Shown in pieces: positions 26,859 to 39,620 of a DNA stretch of 64,000 nucleotides. Position 1 is the stretch's first letter, and each line of letters opens with the position of its first letter. A program made the translations under genes and the position numbers. The notes beneath the pieces were generated by a model. It saw nothing but the letters and a program-made list of their open reading frames with translations, had not been told where the DNA came from and made no database searches. The DNA is taken from positions 30,566,001-30,630,000 of the forward strand of contig OY740792.1 of assembly GCA_963514005.1 (NCBI GenBank). The letters run 5' to 3'. Origin of the DNA: Raja brachyura (Eukaryota).

Positions 26859-26886
26859 CTGAAGAAGGGTCTCGACCCGAAACGTC
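26859..26886 (+). ncRNA. Minimal type I hammerhead ribozyme core in the 5' pseudo-LTR
   Basis: CTGAAGA-A-GGGTC-TC-GACCC-GAAA-C-GTC: CUGANGA and GAAA boxes, stem II, palindromic ACGT helix III, GUC cleavage triplet. Helix I is only about 2 bp. Confidence 0.7.
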
Positions 26887-27999
26887 GCCTATCTCCTTCG
26901 CTCCTTAGATGCTGCTGCACCCGCTGAGTTTCTCCAGCTTTTTGTGTAACCCTCGATTCTCCAGCATCTGCAGTTCCTTCTTTAACAATTTGTCTACTCC
27001 ACTGCGATATCTCCTCAAGGTATGCCTACTTTGAAGAAGTTCTCTTCCTCCCTACGAAGACAGTTTCACAACCTCCTCTCTAACTGCTCCCCCTCTGTGA
27101 TACCCCCTTCCCTCCAACTCTACGACCACATCCTCACCCAGACTCGATACCACAGCCACATCTGCTTCCTCGGGGCCTGCCTGCGCCTCCACCTCATACC
27201 TCGTGGATTCCAGCTCCAATTCCCTGCCTCCCAGTTCGGACCCCAGCCAGACTATCGGTACCGACTGGCCATCCGCCGCCACACTGTGCAATTCTCCAAC
27301 CGGGCATTAAGATCCACCCTGGTTGCAATGCGCCGGCACCAGCAGGACCTCGCATTGGCTCTCCCGAATCTTCGGGCCTCACTCACCCAGACCTGCAACG
27401 GACCCCAACTACACTACATCCTCCGGAAGATCCACCGCTTCAATCAGCAATTAAACAGAGGTTCACCTGCACCTCCTCCAACCTCATCTACTGCATCCGT
27501 TGCTCCAGATGCCAGCTGATCTACATCGGTGAGACCAAGCGGAGGCTGGGCGATCGTTTCGCCGAACACGTCCGCTCGGTCCGCAATAACCAACCCGACC
27601 TCCCGGTGGCTCAGCACTTCAACTCCCCCTCCCACTGCGTATCCGACCTCTCGGTCCTGGGCCTCCTCCACGGCCAGAGTGATCAACACCGCAAGTTGGA
27701 GGAACAGCACCTCATATTCCGCTTGGGGAGTCTGCATCCTCTGGGCTTAAACATTGAATTTTCTTAATTCTGTTAACCCAGACTGCCTCCCCCCCACCTC
27801 TCCCTCAGCCCTCTGGCCCTGACATTCCTTCTCCATCTCCCCCCCCCCAGTCGCACTAGCTTCTCATTTTCACACCACAAACAGCTTACAATGGCCTGCT
27901 TCCTTTATCACCAATACTTTTTTGCATATCTTTCATTCATTGTTCCTTATCTCTCCACATCACTGTTTATATCTCTCGTTTCCCTGATCCCTGACCAGT

Positions 28000-28027
28000 C
28001 TGAAGAAGGGTCTCGACCCGAAACGTC
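28000..28027 (+). ncRNA. Minimal type I hammerhead ribozyme core in the 3' pseudo-LTR
   Basis: Identical to the copy at 26859-26886. Confidence 0.7.
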
Positions 28028-28717
28028 GCCTATCTCCTTCGCTCCTTAGATGCTGCTGCACCCGCTGAGTTTCTCCAGCTTTTTGTGTAACCCCCATCCT
28101 TTGAAGATATGTTGGGTATTTCCCCGAGGTGCATTGACAAGTTCATTATCATTTTCTAAGCGTGGTAAACCCAACATTCCTCAGACGTTGCTGATAATTC
28201 CTTGTAGCGTGTTAAGATCTGATTGTAAAAATGTATTAACCAGCATCTGCAGTTCTTTGATCATTTAGTACATTGGCCGAACCTACTGTGAAAGTATTGT
28301 ATTTGCTTTTACTTCGGTTTAAAATCTTTCCTACATTTTCTTAAATACATCATCTCTATCCCAGTGGCTAATTGTACCGCTGTTGTTATGCTTAATAACT
28401 CCCTTCTTGCACCTACAACAATATTTTAAGATTCAACTATTTACAGTAAATACTACAGCAACATTTACAGTATCAGCTTTGGCCGTATAACTATCATTTT
28501 TCAGCTGAGTGACGGCAAGTGTCAAACTCGTGCTTTCTGTTAACATGGGGTCTTGTATTTAGCCTCGTTACTGTAACAACATGGTCTTTACTGAGGCCTT
28601 GCACTACATAGTTCTGTCCCAGCTCTTTTATACCTGGGGTGGTGTAGAGCAAGAACGTTGCATGATTTGACACTGGATCAAGGAGGGGCAACAGTGGTGC
28701 AGCTAGTATTGGTCAAC

Positions 28718-29340
28718 CATTGTCACATGTACTGAAATACAGTGAAAACTGTTTTGTTTTGCATGCCATCCTGTCAAATCATACCATACATGAGTACAAT
28801 AGGTAGTGCTAAAGGAAAAAGAAAACACAGTGCAGACTATATTATTACACTACATAGAACGAGCAGATTCTTTAAAAAGTGTAGGTGGTGCAACGAGGCA
28901 GATTGGAAGATCAAGTATTCACCCTTGGCATATGAGAGGTCTGTTCAGTAGTCTGTAACAGTGAAGAAACTATTCTTGAATCTGGATGGTACCGGCTTTC
29001 AAACATTTGCATCTTCTGCCTGACAGGAGAGGGGAGAATGGAGAATGATTGGGGTTGAATGGTCCTTGATGGAGTTAGCCACTTTCCTGAGGCAGCCTGA
29101 AGGACTGTGGTGGACTGAACTACATCAACAGCTCTGCCATTTCTTGTGATCTTAGGCAGAGATGTTGTCAAACTAAGCTGTGATGCATCGAGAATGGATG
29201 GTTTCTACAGTGCATCTGAAGAAATTGGTAAGAGATGTTGGAAATGTGCTGAATTGGAACCCGAAGCTCTCCACTTCAGCGCAATTGATACAGATTGGAA
29301 CGTGTACACCAACCCACTTCCTGATGCTGAACCCACTGCC
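28718..29340 (-). mobile_element. Degenerate Rex1/Babar-like LINE fragment
   Basis: LTNFFRCTVETI..RCITA motif and a 3' end resembling 5258-6020. Confidence 0.6.
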
Positions 29341-29344
29341 TCGC

Positions 29345-29652
29345 ATCGTCACAGACCCAGGTTCACTCTTGGCCTTCGGCATTGAAAATGTGTAGTTTGC
29401 ATGTTCATCCTGTGACCATGTGGATTTTTGTTCGGTGCTCCGGTTTATCTCCACATCCCAAAAATGTGCTGGTTGGGAGCTTAATTGGCTACTACATCTT
29501 TCTGAATGTGTATGTGAATGGTAGAATCTGGGGTGGGGGAAGGTGGTGGGAATGGGAGAATGAAGTGGGTTAGTGCAAGATTAGTGTAAATGGATGGTTG
29601 GTAGTCTGTGTAAACCTGGTGGGCTGAAGGGTCTGTTTCTGTGCTGTCTCTT
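29345..29652 (+). mobile_element. Older V-SINE copy
   Basis: Decayed B box, V domain and gggctgaagggtctgtttctgtgctgt tail. Confidence 0.7.
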
Positions 29653-32600
29653 GTCCATGCCAAATAAGGTCCCCATCTACGTTAGTGTCATTTGCCCAAG
29701 TTTGACTCGTATCTCTCCAAATGTTCCTATCCATGTACCTGTGAAAAAGTTATGGGAAGAAATGGTAGTGCTGGGCTTTTGGTGTCTGCTCACATTTAAT
29801 CATGCCAAGGCACATGTGCAGTTCGACGTAAGACGATCCCAGAGTAAAGTCTAGGGAATGCTACAGTGATTTGTGAGAGGAATAATGAGGGGTTAAGGCA
29901 ACATAGTCATGACTGGCTATTTGCTGTCGTTTGCAAATAAACCAATTAATCTGGGATGGGCAAGGAAATGGCAGAGATCTCTGTATTCAAAAACATCAGA
30001 GAGGAAAAAGGAGGGCTGAGGTTGGGGAAGAGCTGGTTACCACGGTTGTTTGCTTTTGAGGAGTGCCTCGCAGGAAAAGGAAGGTACTGGAGAAAACGAG
30101 CTTTGAACATGGTGGGCATGAGCCGAAAGAAGTGATTAACTGAAAGGGAGGGGGGAGGTGAGGATGTTAAACTCATGGCAAAGATTCTTTTTGCAGTTGA
30201 ATGATTTCAGAGAAATTAGACTCGATTTTTGAGAATGATCTCTGCACATGTGCTTATTAAGGCATACAGAGCTGTGCTAAAGCCAGCTGGTCCACAGCCA
30301 AACATTATACGAGGTGAGTGTTCACTGTGAATGCAACTAGTCAGTCCCTACTGCACTGCTTTGTAGAGGATCTTTGGTCAACTTTGATGTAATAAATTGA
30401 CCCATTTTCTTCATTTAAATTAGAATTGCTCTGTTGTGGACATATATGCCATGGGCTGGAAAGCAACAAAGTCATGACTGACCAGTGTTAGCAGTGTATC
30501 AGCAAAGTATAATTATCAGTCTGGAGAGTTTTAAGTGAAACTGCTCAGTTATTAAGGCAATACAAAGTGCATCAGATGCAACAACATTTCAAAGCCAGTT
30601 ACATCAACTCCCTCAAAACCAAAACATTGTTTACAGTTGTGATACAGAGGAGCTGATCACTTCCATGGCCTGAAGCTGAAGGTATCTCTACGTGAGACAA
30701 ACATGTTTAATATCTGCACAGATGGGCAGGAATTGACAAGAACTGGAACAAGTGGATCAAAAGGCTTGCAAGATGAGCTTGTGAGATTTGATTTAGGATT
30801 GGTGAGACGGAAGGTAAATGACTGGGATAAAGCAAGAATTGCCGGGTTATGATATGTGCTCTAACCATTGACAAATGTTGATGCAATGGTGCACACCCTC
30901 ATCTGTACACATTGTTCATTATTAAGTTTGTATGAAATTATTTTGGTTTATCACACTGACATCAAATTACATGTAGCAGGTTTAGACCAAGTAGTAAATG
31001 GGATTAAAGAAAAGCAATTAAGGAATTCAACAAATTGGGAATAAATAAACAGAAACTAGTGGCAGCTACTACTTCTTGCGTTTGAGGCAGCAGAAATCTG
31101 CAGCAGGGTGATGCCATCCGGTTCGACATCCGTAGGTGCCCGCCCTAAAAAAGGCGCATGCTCCGGGTTGGCGCCAAGCTGCGGCGCTACTGCTGTCTCT
31201 GTTTGTTGTCGTTCGCAACAGTGAGGTCAGTTGACAGGGCTCACCACGGGGAGGTCGACAACATGAGCCCCTGCCAGCTACTAAGTTAACCAGAAGGAAA
31301 GTTAATGCCACAAGACGTGCTTGTTCATGCACACCTGATCCACTTACCTTCTATCAGCTGTCTTTCATTCCGGGCATATTTATTCTGAACAAATTTCCAG
31401 CAATGCCTATGCAAATTATTTCTAATCATTGTGAAATCGCCAGTAAATTCTAAATTTGTATTGCAAATCCTGAACACACACGATGTTGCATCTGCCATCC
31501 ACACCTTCAAACTAATCGTATGTGTCGACCTTCAGGAGAGAAGGGGAGGGATGAGCCCACCCTGGTGCTGATCTGAAGTCGGAACAGGAATTAAATTCTA
31601 GTTGGTGTTTTTAAAGTGGCCTCATCAATTTCCGATTACCCCAAGCCAACATTTAAAGGGACATAGAACTACCTTGGCAGCAGAATAAAACATCACTTAT
31701 TGAGTTACTCTCCAAGTAAAATAGGGCTTCCTTTGACTTGAGAATCAACGCTGTGTGAGATCTGCTGGTTTACAGCCTGTACCTCTGATGGTTTGCAATG
31801 GATCAATGTTGGGAGAACTCTTGGTTTGTGTTGCAGGCAGGTGTACTTGCCCGTTCAAAACAAACAATGAGAAACTACGCAGCGAAGATGATGTCAACCA
31901 GTAACATTTAGAACAAGTGACCTCAGCAAATGCATCCCCCGTCCACACAAAGCAGGCCAAACCCAGTCTTCAGTCTGAAGAATGATGGGATAAGTCAAGA
32001 GGAACCTACTCTCCAATAGTTTGCTCTTTGATTCCCAGTTTTAGTTTTGCCAGGTTCACTAGGGGTTCACTAAAGGTTGACCATCTCAGCACTTCAGTGC
32101 AGGAGTTCCTCAGGACAATGTCCTGGGCCCATCAATTGGCTGCTTCATCAATGACCTTCCTTCTATCGTTTTGGAAGTGAGGAGGCTCACTGAGCTTCAA
32201 TTACATTTGCAACTCCTCAGCAAATGAACCAGACCATGCTTGGGCATGGGCTGGTCAGTGTGCAAGCAATGTTTGCGTGTGACCAGTGAATCTGGTCTTT
32301 GATTATACAATAGAGTCAAACAGTGTGGAAACAGGCCCCTCAGCCCAACTTGGCCACACCGACCAACATGTCCCATCTACATGAGTCGTACCTGCCTATG
32401 TTTGGCCCATATCTGTCTAAACCTATCCTAATTATGTACCTGTCTAAACATTTCTTAAATGTTGCAATAGTAACTGCCTCAACTACCTGCCTAACTGTGT
32501 TAAAAATTTACCCCTCGGGTTCCTATTAAATCTTTCCCCCCTCACCTTAAACCTATGTCCTCTATTTCTCAATGTTCATAACTATCACTGGCTGCACACC

Positions 32601-32764
32601 ACCATCATCCAGGCACCATTAACCTGATATTTAGCTGGATCAGTTACATAATGAGCAAATCAGAGATTTGCCTCCTGACACTCTGAAACCTTCCCACCAT
32701 TTACAAGGCACCTCGAATGTATAATGGAATACTCTCTAAATGCTCGCTTGAGTGAAGCCTCAAC

Positions 32765-33402
32765 AGTACTGTATGTTTCAATAAGGTCCCTCCTCCTTCT
32801 AAACTCCAGTGAGTACAGGCCCAGAGTCGACAAAAGCTCATCATGGGTTAACCTACTCATTCCTGGGATTATTCTTGTAAACCTCCTCTGGACCCTCTCC
32901 AGAGCCAGCACATCCTCAGATTTGTTACCCAAATTTGTTCACAATATTCCAAATGCAGCCTTACCAGTGCCTTATGGAGACTCAGCATGATACCCCTGTT
33001 GTTTGTATACAAGCCCTCTTGAAATAAATGCTAGCATTGAGTTTGCTTTCTTTACTACCGATTCGATTTGCAGATTAACTTTTCAGGAATCCTGCACCAG
33101 CACTCCCAAGTCCCTCTGCAACTCCCATTTCTGGATTCTCTCACCATTTAGAAAATAGTCTATGCCTTTATTCCTACTACCAAAATGCATGACTCCACAC
33201 TTTGCTACACTATATTCCATCTGCCACTTCTCTGCCCACTCTCCCAACCTGTCCAAATCCTTCTGCAGAGTCCCTGCTTTCTCTACAATTCCTGCCCTTG
33301 CACCTATTTTTGTATCAACCGCAGACTTTGCCACAAAGCCTTCAATCCCCTTGTCCAAATCATTGATAAATGCAACGTGAAGAGTAGCGGCCCCAGCACC
33401 GG
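32765..33402 (-). mobile_element. CR1-type LINE reverse transcriptase fragment
   Basis: VLGPLLF..INDLD.GIEGFVAK...DTKIG...LQKDLDRLGEWAEKWQMEYSVAKCGVMHFG and DVLALERVQRRFTRIIPG. Confidence 0.9.
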
Positions 33403-34454
33403 TACTATTGAAAGCCACAGAAACAGGGCCACTTGGAGAAGGTGACCTGCTGCGCTCCACAGCATGCTCCAACAGCGAACGATTAATGCAAATCCCTGCT
33501 CCGGCATTTCCTCAACATGGTTTGGGTGTCTCCACTTTATCTGCAATTGTTGACTTTGGGAAGTGTATAGCACTCACTGGCATTGTGCATAATCTCAAAC
33601 TTTCTCTGTGCTGCCTGTTGTCCTCATGGCCAACGTGTCGGAGCTGCGATTGCCTTTGAGTTCACATCAACACTCTATGCAAACATGAAATCTAGCTGCC
33701 CAAATACAATAATATTACCTTTGCCTGGTAATGTCCTGGAAATAACTATTATGGCTTGCCAGAAAGTAAAAACTGCAAGTCATGCTTTAACAGCTATACT
33801 GCTGTTCAGCTGACTCATCCTAGAACAGCATCAGACTTGCTGAGCACCCTTGATGGGCAATAGAAAGTGCTCTGAAGACTGATGCCCTTAGATAGTTGCT
33901 TTGCCATCCCGTCTGGAGAGGATGCAGTGCCGGATTAACTGATGTGCGCTGAAGTAACAACATGGGCTGAGGCCCAATCAACAGAATGGAAAAGCTTCAA
34001 ATAACAGTTTGGTTTACAGAATTGACCTTGAAAACTTAAGGAAATAAATTTTGAACATTAGCATTCTTGACAAAAATTAATCAACAGACCTGTGTTTGCA
34101 TGGAAATGGCAAGTGAGGCACCAAGGGGTATGGGACAATGGCGTTGAATTTAAAGGCAAGCAAGCCGGGTTGACTTTCTAGATGCTGCAGTAGGGTAATT
34201 TGAGTCGGCACCACCATTTAATTAGATCACAACTACCCTGGCAGTGACTTCAACTCTTCCTTCCCATTTACCCCCAGTAACATTTTGCCCCCATGCTTAT
34301 AGAGAATTTATCTTCACTGCCCATTGATGGAGAGAGTTCCAAAGACTCTCAGTTCACTTTGAGAAATAAATTCACCTCATCACTTTCCAAAATGGGTGAC
34401 CCCCTTATTTTTAAACAGTAATCCCTATTTCTGAATTTTGACACAATGGAATCA

Positions 34455-34760
34455 CAGTTTGTACAGCACAAAACAGGCCCTTCAGCCCACTGAGTCCATG
34501 ACAACTATCAAGCACCCATTTACACCAGTGGTACACTAATCCCATTTTATTCTCCTCAACTCTCACATACACATTAGGGACAGTTTACAACGGGCAATTA
34601 GCGTACCAGGCTGCATGTCGCTGAGATGTTGAAGAAAACCCGAGCAGCCTTGGAAACCTATGCAGTCACAAGGAGAGCTTGCAAAGTTTGCACAGATGAA
34701 CCAGAGGTCAGGATTGAACCTGGATCTCTGGAGCTGGAAAGAGGAAACAACCTCCTTGCC
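34455..34760 (-). mobile_element. Older V-SINE copy
   Basis: Reverse-complement head (caggttcaatcctgacctctgg) and CR1-type tail. Confidence 0.7.
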
Positions 34761-34915
34761 ACGACCCCTCTGGATCTTTCATGCTTCGTCACATCTCACT
34801 GTTTTAATTTCCAGCAGGTACAAGCCTAGCCTGCTCAACCTTTCATCATAAAACATTATTAATGTTTAATGTTTAATGAGTCATTCCCAACTGTCACTGT
34901 TCCTAACTGTCATGT

Positions 34916-35870
34916 TTAAGAAAGAACTGCAGATGCTGGAAAAATCGAAGGTAGACAAGAATGTTGGAGAAACTCAGCGGGTGAGGCAGCATCTATGGAG
35001 CGAAGGAATAGGTGACGTTTCGGGTCGAGACCCTTCTTCAGACTGATGTGTGGGTGGGAGGGGGGGTGGGAAGAAGAAAGGAAGAGGTGGATACAGTAGG
35101 CTGTGGGAGAGCTGGGGAAGGGAAGGAAGGAGAAAGCAAGGAGTACCTGAAATTGGAGGTCAATGTTCATACAACTGGGGTGTAAACTACCCAAGTGAAA
35201 TATGAGGTGCTGCTCCTCCAATTTGCGGTAGGACTCACTCTGGCCACGGAGGAGGCCCAGGACAGAAAGGTTGTATTCGGAATGGGAGGGGGAGTTGAAG
35301 TGCTAAGCCACCGGGAGATCAGTTTGGTTAATGCGAACTGAGCGGAGGTGTTGGGCGAAGCGATCGCCGAGCCTGCACTTGGTCTCACCGATGTGGACCA
35401 GTTGACAGCTAGAACAGCGGTAGCAATGGATGAGGTTGGAGGAGGTGCAGGTGAACCTCTGCCTCACCTGGAAAGACTGCTTGGGTCCTTGGACGGAGTC
35501 GAGGGGGGAGGTAAAGTGACAAGTGTAGCATTTCCTGCGGTTGCAAGGGAAAGTACCAAGGGAGGGGGTGGTTTGGGTGGGAAGGGACAAATTGACCAAG
35601 GAGTTACGGAGGGCGCGGTCTCTGCGGAAAGCCAATAGGGGAGGAGATGGGAATGTGTGGCCAGTGGTGGATCCCGTTGGAGGTGGCGAAAATATGAGAG
35701 GATTACCTGTTGTATGTGACGGCTGGTAGGGTGGAAGGTGAGGATAAGGGGGACTCTGTCCTTGTTACGAGTGGGGGGATGGAGAGTGAGAGCAGAGCTA
35801 CGGGATATAGAGGAGACCCTGGTGAGAGCCTCATCTATAGTCGAAGAGGGGAACCCCCATTCCCTAAAGA
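34916..35870 (-). mobile_element. 5'-truncated Neptune-type Penelope-like element (RT C-terminal remnant, Cys linker, GIY-YIG, pseudo-LTR)
   Basis: AFRRDRALRNSLV...GTFPCNRRKCYTC...QRFTCTSSNLIHC...HIGETKCRLGDRF, with stops and frameshifts; hammerhead core at 35014-35041 on the minus strand. Confidence 0.88.
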
Positions 35871-37261
35871 ATGTATGTCATGTTGTCACTTGCGGGCGGA
35901 GCACCAAGGCAAATTCCTTGTATGTGAATACATGACAAATAAATGTATTCATTCATTCATTCATCCATTTAACAACACAGACAGCTATGAGTCTGCAAAA
36001 GTGGAAAATATTTTATATAGTTACCGTCACCAGTCATGGGAAAGAGATTGGAGCCATCGAGTGGGCACGCAGCTAATCACTAAAGTCACGGCTGGAACAA
36101 GATAGTTCAAGAAAGTAGAGCGAGGAGTAACCTAGCACGATTTTCAGATTATGGAAGACATTGACGGGGTTAACAAAAGAAGCTGGGAACAAAGTCGACT
36201 GATGAAGCATTATACTAAAGGAATAAATGGGAAAATTGGAACAAATGCTCTGCACAGCGGGAGTTATTATAACACGGAATGCTCTCCCACAAGCGACCAT
36301 TGAGACAAAGATTAGAACTAACATAATTTAAAAGTAAATTAGATAAGTTTTGGATAAGGGAAATTGAAAAAAATAATGTAATTAGAGTGCATTGGATTTA
36401 AGAGTCACCAGGAACACATGGATTGTATGGGGATGGCTTCAATGCTCCACACAGCCAGTATTTTGAACGTGTACAAGCCACAGGGTCTCTCGTCCTCCAG
36501 CCACACTAACTGGCAAACTTGTCCAACCTTTCGTTAAATAGAACGGGGGGCTAAGGATTTCCCGTTGTCCACAAGGAAGACTTCCTCGGTGTGGTCGTCA
36601 CCATTAAGCAGAAGGTTCTGCATTCAAGTGCAACCTAAACAGCAAGGCTAGCAGCCCCTGTAGCACTGGGCAGAGCTGCCCATCCAAGGTGCTGCCTTTC
36701 ACAGGAGGAATTAAATTGATCTTCTCCCTGCTGATTGCACAAGGTCTCATGGCACGATTTCAACAGGGAATCATGTTGGTCCCTGGTTGATATTCCTCCC
36801 TTGGTCAACATTGCCAGATCACGCTATCTGGTCATTATAGCTCTTTGCTGCTTGTGGGAACTTGCAGTGTTGAACTTGGCAGCAAGGTCTGATGCCTTTC
36901 AAAATATCAGTTGCCTCCAATACTTGCTGACAGGAAAATGAAAGACACTGACAATTGCAAGTCTTGTTTATCACAATCATCATTTATCAATTAGGTGCTC
37001 ACAAATATATTTAAACGCTGTCTCCTAAAATAAATCTGGCGATCTACTGTTTAATAATTGCACCGCACGATACTTGAACACGAACCAACTACAAGCACAC
37101 CAGAAATAACCTCAATAGAATCTTTCGATTCACTGGAAAACCTCAAGCTGATTCTAATCTATCTTCACTCTTGAGTCATACTAAACAAATGATATACAAA
37201 CGGCAATAATGCTCAGAGCCAATTTTCCTTTACTATAAAAATTGAATAAAAAAGCAAGAAC

Positions 37262-37722
37262 GAGGCTTTATATGGCACTGGTCAGACTGCATTTGTGGTA
37301 TTGCGAGCTGCTTTGTGCTCCGTATCGGAGGAGGGATGTGCTGGCATTGGAGGGGGTCTAGAGGAGGTTTACGAGGATGATCCCTAGGATGATTGGGTTC
37401 ACATATGAAGAGCGTTTGATGGCTCTGGGCCTGTGCTTACTGGAGTTTAGAAGGATAAGGGGGGGATCTCATTGAAACATACCGAATAGTGAAAGGCCTG
37501 GATAGGGCGCGTGTGGAGAGGATGTATTGTAGACCAGAGGGTACAACCTCCGAATGTACCTTCTTTCCAAAGATGAGGAGTTTCCTTTGCTAGAAGCTAG
37601 TGAATCTGTGGAATTCATTCCCATAGAAGGCAGTGGCCAAGTGCTTGGGTATTTTTGAAGTGGAGATTGGTGGAGTAGAGTCAATGGGCTGAATGGCCTA
37701 TTTCTGCTCCTATGACTTATGA
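37262..37722 (+). mobile_element. CR1-type LINE 3' fragment
   Basis: RLYMALVRLHL...DVLALEGV.RRFTRMIP, followed by the CR1 3' tail gggctgaatggccta. Confidence 0.8.
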
Positions 37723-39359
37723 ACTTACAAACATACTCACAGAATTTGCTAAAAGACCTAAACATGGTTGCAAAGAGTGACAATGCTGTTCAAAGGCTGA
37801 GTGCCTGTAATGAATGAATTGATCTGAAACCCAATTTCACCCTCTACAGATGCTGCCTGTGCTGCTGGGTATTTCCAGCTTTCTGTGCTTTTAATTTGGA
37901 GCGGATATGATTGGGTAACTCTAATGTTGCTCGAACATGCTGCCTGGGTTGCAATGTGGCCCAGATTGAATTGAAATATATACTTCACGTGTCTCTAATC
38001 CTCTAGTCCTGCACTTCTGGCGAAAATACCCAGCTGGGAAAGGTTGCCGTCCAATTTTTTTCCTGTAGATTTTGTTTCCTCCAATCTTTAAAAGTTCTGT
38101 TTGCTGAGTAACTTGCTTTGTCAGCTGGACAATTGACTATTTACTGGAAGCTCTGGAGCTATTCCCAGCCAACATCCAAAACCTTGGCTGACACAGACCT
38201 GTCAATAGTGACTTTTAAAAGTTTGCAAAAACAAAAACAATGTTATTCTAATGAGAAGAAAGCTGGTCAAATAGAATCTAAAGAAATAGTGCATAAAGTA
38301 ACAAACCAGGCATCTAATTACATCAGGACCAGCGCCAATTAGTGGCACCAAGTCTCACACAACATGTTTAACATGTTTATAATGCTTCCCTGAGAATAGT
38401 TAAATCCAGTAAAGAAAGTTCAACAGGGAACGATGCAACAGTGTGAAATCTTCCTGATTAAGCTGTAACAATGGCTTTAATCCCATATACCATGTGCCCA
38501 ATAAATGCACATGTATCAGCCTGAAATCAGGCGTGAACATCAATTGACGTCACCATAAGTCTGTAATTACAAATGGGCATATAGCTCTTGTTAAAAAGCA
38601 TTCATTCATTTGGACATAACAGGATGTTCTGCAGGGTTCATTCACATAATGGTAGGTATTTGGCACTGGACTGTATGGAGATGCCAGTCTCTACATGCTA
38701 GTCTGGGGAAGTGGAGGTCTGGGGCAAGCTGAGCAGTCACAACTCTCTAGCTAACTGGAAGCATTCTTCCCGGGCCCGTTGCCTAGCTGCTAATCTTGAC
38801 CTCGTTGGCTAATGATTTTTCATGAGGTCACCGATATCTTTCAAGAAAGCCACAGCAGCAGTGGTTGCTGAAAGGAAAAAGAGGCAGGATCAATAAATGT
38901 TACGTTGCACTGCGCTGCGACTGCTTGGAAAGAATCTCTGGCAAGAACGTGTAGAGTAATGTGACCTTGAGGGAGAGGAGGCACGAGGGTGCTGCCCAGG
39001 CTCTTCCAAACCATGCCACGCACTTCAGTGCTGAAACTGCGGAAAAACGAAGGCTGCCAGTAATTGCAGATCGGAAAGGTCTGGGTGGGAGGTGATGTCT
39101 CCAAAACTCTGGGCGGAGGCTCTTCACTAAAAGGTATCTCTGGAACCCCTGACTCAATGTCCCAGGCCCACGGTGAGTGAGTGGCTGTGGTTGCAAACAT
39201 GCTCCACTGTTTTGCAAGCAGGTTCACCTCTGAGGCACTTAGAGAATGAGTATCTCAGTGTCTAGACATTGGAGAGAGCACTCCCTTATCAGAGGTCAGC
39301 AACCTGTGGATTTGGAAGCGTCTGAGCGGCTCAGAATCTGACCAGTCAGATATCTGAAT

Positions 39360-39620
39360 GTCAGTGGAGTAACCCTTTAAGTAATGAGTAAAGCAAGCAA
39401 ACTATTGTGTGATGATGGTGTGACGTGTTGTATTGGGACTGATCCATGGTGATCATAGTGTGCAGCTTTCTGCTCCAATTTATGTTGGTGCAAGCGGAAA
39501 CATCTTGCACGAATAATGACATGGTGTGTTGTGTGCTCAATGCCAAGAAACGTTCTGGAGCACAATAGTGTGCTGGATTTGGATTAAGAACTGGGTGACC
39601 AGCCATTCCTATATTTAAAA
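39360..39620 (-). mobile_element. Possible highly decayed Harbinger (HARBI1-like) transposase C-terminus
   Basis: Frameshifted pieces WLVT-PVLNP, HTTHHVII and RCFRL in the order expected for that family. Weak. Confidence 0.25.

Larger units (their letters stand above)
26763..28096 (+). mobile_element. Internally deleted (RT-less) Penelope-like element with direct pseudo-LTRs
   Basis: 186-bp direct repeats 26767-26952 and 27908-28093 (1 mismatch); PLE N-terminal ORF from ATG 27022 (HICFLGACLRLHLIPRGFQL) joined at about 27452 to an uninterrupted GIY-YIG frame 27453-27767 (NLIYCIRCSRCQLIYIGETKRRLGDRFAEH...EEQHLI...GLNIEFS*); 14-bp TSD TCCTTTGAAGATAT at 26749-26762 and 28097-28110. Confidence 0.9.

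Noticed and set aside
27448-27458. Possible -1 ribosomal frameshift (A_TTA_AAC) fusing the PLE N-terminal ORF to the GIY-YIG frame
   Set aside because: The frames do differ by -1, but the heptamer is not a valid X_XXY_YYZ site (one base off UUUAAAC) and it coincides with the deletion junction; most likely coincidence.
31069-31332. Minus-strand 87-aa ORF with a signal-peptide-like N-terminus and a defensin-like ...CCLKRKK end
   Set aside because: It starts at GTG rather than ATG, has seven cysteines whose spacing does not fit beta-defensins, and lies just inside a predicted intron.
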